The position numbers and the translations under genes are program-made. Below are positions 63,621 to 64,000 of a DNA stretch of 64,000 bases, in pieces. Within the stretch, counting starts at the first letter, position 1; each line of letters starts with the position of its first letter. The notes beneath the pieces were generated by a model. It had not been told where the DNA came from, ran no database searches, and saw only the letters and a program-made list of their open reading frames with translations. Source of the DNA: Candidatus Lindowbacteria bacterium RIFCSPLOWO2_12_FULL_62_27 (lineage in GTDB: Bacteria > Lindowbacteria > 2-12-FULL-62-27); assembly GCA_001784175.1 (NCBI GenBank), contig MFPR01000037.1, forward strand, positions 23,959 to 87,958, written 5' to 3'.

Positions 63621-64000
63621 ATGAACCGTTTGATCGGAATCGGAGAGAAGTTTCCGGAGTTTTCAATGCAGGCCTGCGTGTCCCTGGAGCATGGGAAGGA
63701 ATTCGTCACGGTCCACCGAAGGGACATGGAGGGGAAGTGGACAGTCCTGTTCTTCTGGCCGCTCGATTTCACCTTTGTGTGTCCAACGGAACTTGCGGAA
63801 TTCAACCACCGCCTGAAGGATTTCCGGGATCGGGATGCGCAGGTTCTGGGGATCAGCAACGACAGCCACTTTGTGCATCTGGCCTGGCGCAATGCGCATC
63901 CGGACCTGAAGGACCTCGGCTATCCGATGCTGGCCGACAACAAGAAGGATCTGAGCGAGGCGCTGGGAGTCCTGCATCCCACCGAGAAGGTTCCCTTGCG
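63621..64000 (+). CDS. ahpC: 2-Cys peroxiredoxin (3' end runs off the window)
   Basis: My translation from ATG 63621 (AAGGAGGTG upstream) gives MNRLIGIGEKFPEF...WTVLFFWPLDFTFVCPTEL...VLGISNDSHFVHLAW. Confidence 0.85.
   Translation, partial: MNRLIGIGEKFPEFSMQACVSLEHGKEFVTVHRRDMEGKWTVLFFWPLDFTFVCPTELAEFNHRLKDFRDRDAQVLGISNDSHFVHLAWRNAHPDLKDLGYPMLADNKKDLSEALGVLHPTEKVPL

Overview
High-GC bacterial chromosomal segment, densely coding. Many adjacent genes are translationally coupled through ATGA, GTGA or TAATG overlaps. No rRNA, tRNA, CRISPR array, transposase or integrase was recognised.

Gene content, in order:
- 1-12.8 kb, minus strand: one long co-directional run. It starts with a small thioredoxin-like gene, then a four-subunit group-3b-type (sulfhydrogenase-like) NiFe hydrogenase in beta-gamma-delta-alpha order, the maturation endopeptidase, a cNMP-binding protein, hypF-hypC-hypD-hypE, an MmsA-type aldehyde dehydrogenase and a PAS histidine kinase.
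- 13.2-18.9 kb, plus strand: acetate kinase, a 2-oxoacid:ferredoxin oxidoreductase split as gamma-delta plus alpha-beta fusions, and an aminotransferase.
- 19.1-26.7 kb, plus strand: two NirJ/AhbC/AhbD-like radical SAM/SPASM genes bracketing a 62-aa four-cysteine ORF. These are followed by an NMO-family flavoprotein, a histidine kinase, a sigma-54-dependent response regulator and two secreted thioredoxin-fold proteins.
- 26.8-40.7 kb: housekeeping genes (flgM, gatCAB, a GT2 glycosyltransferase, coaBC, 5'-nucleotidase, 5'-3' exonuclease, coaE, HDOD, SPOR, a PfkB kinase, hom, thrC).
- 40.7-45.3 kb: a roughly 1500-aa MORN/TPR/transglutaminase protein.
- 45.3-47.9 kb: a visibly AT-richer three-gene islet that includes a nucleotidyltransferase-fold two-gene module.
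- 48.0-58.6 kb: a TPR-metallopeptidase, tatC, tatA, hemL, two flagellins, an MMPL/RND transporter, queG, DUF1802 and DoxX.
- 58.9-64.0 kb: an RsmI-like methyltransferase, a primase-like gene, chrA, a flavoprotein and ahpC.

Most interesting observations:
1. A stand-alone gene (59617-61047) whose product carries PriS-type archaeo-eukaryotic primase motifs fused to a PriL-CTD-like cysteine domain.
2. Palindromic GATAT-type repeats bracket that gene, including a 54-nt tandem TGATATCA array abutting the chrA start codon.
3. A flagellin whose variable region is a vWA domain with a complete MIDAS motif.
4. The small Cys4 ORF that is translationally coupled between the two radical SAM/SPASM genes.

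All calls come from reading translations and motifs by eye. No database search was run.
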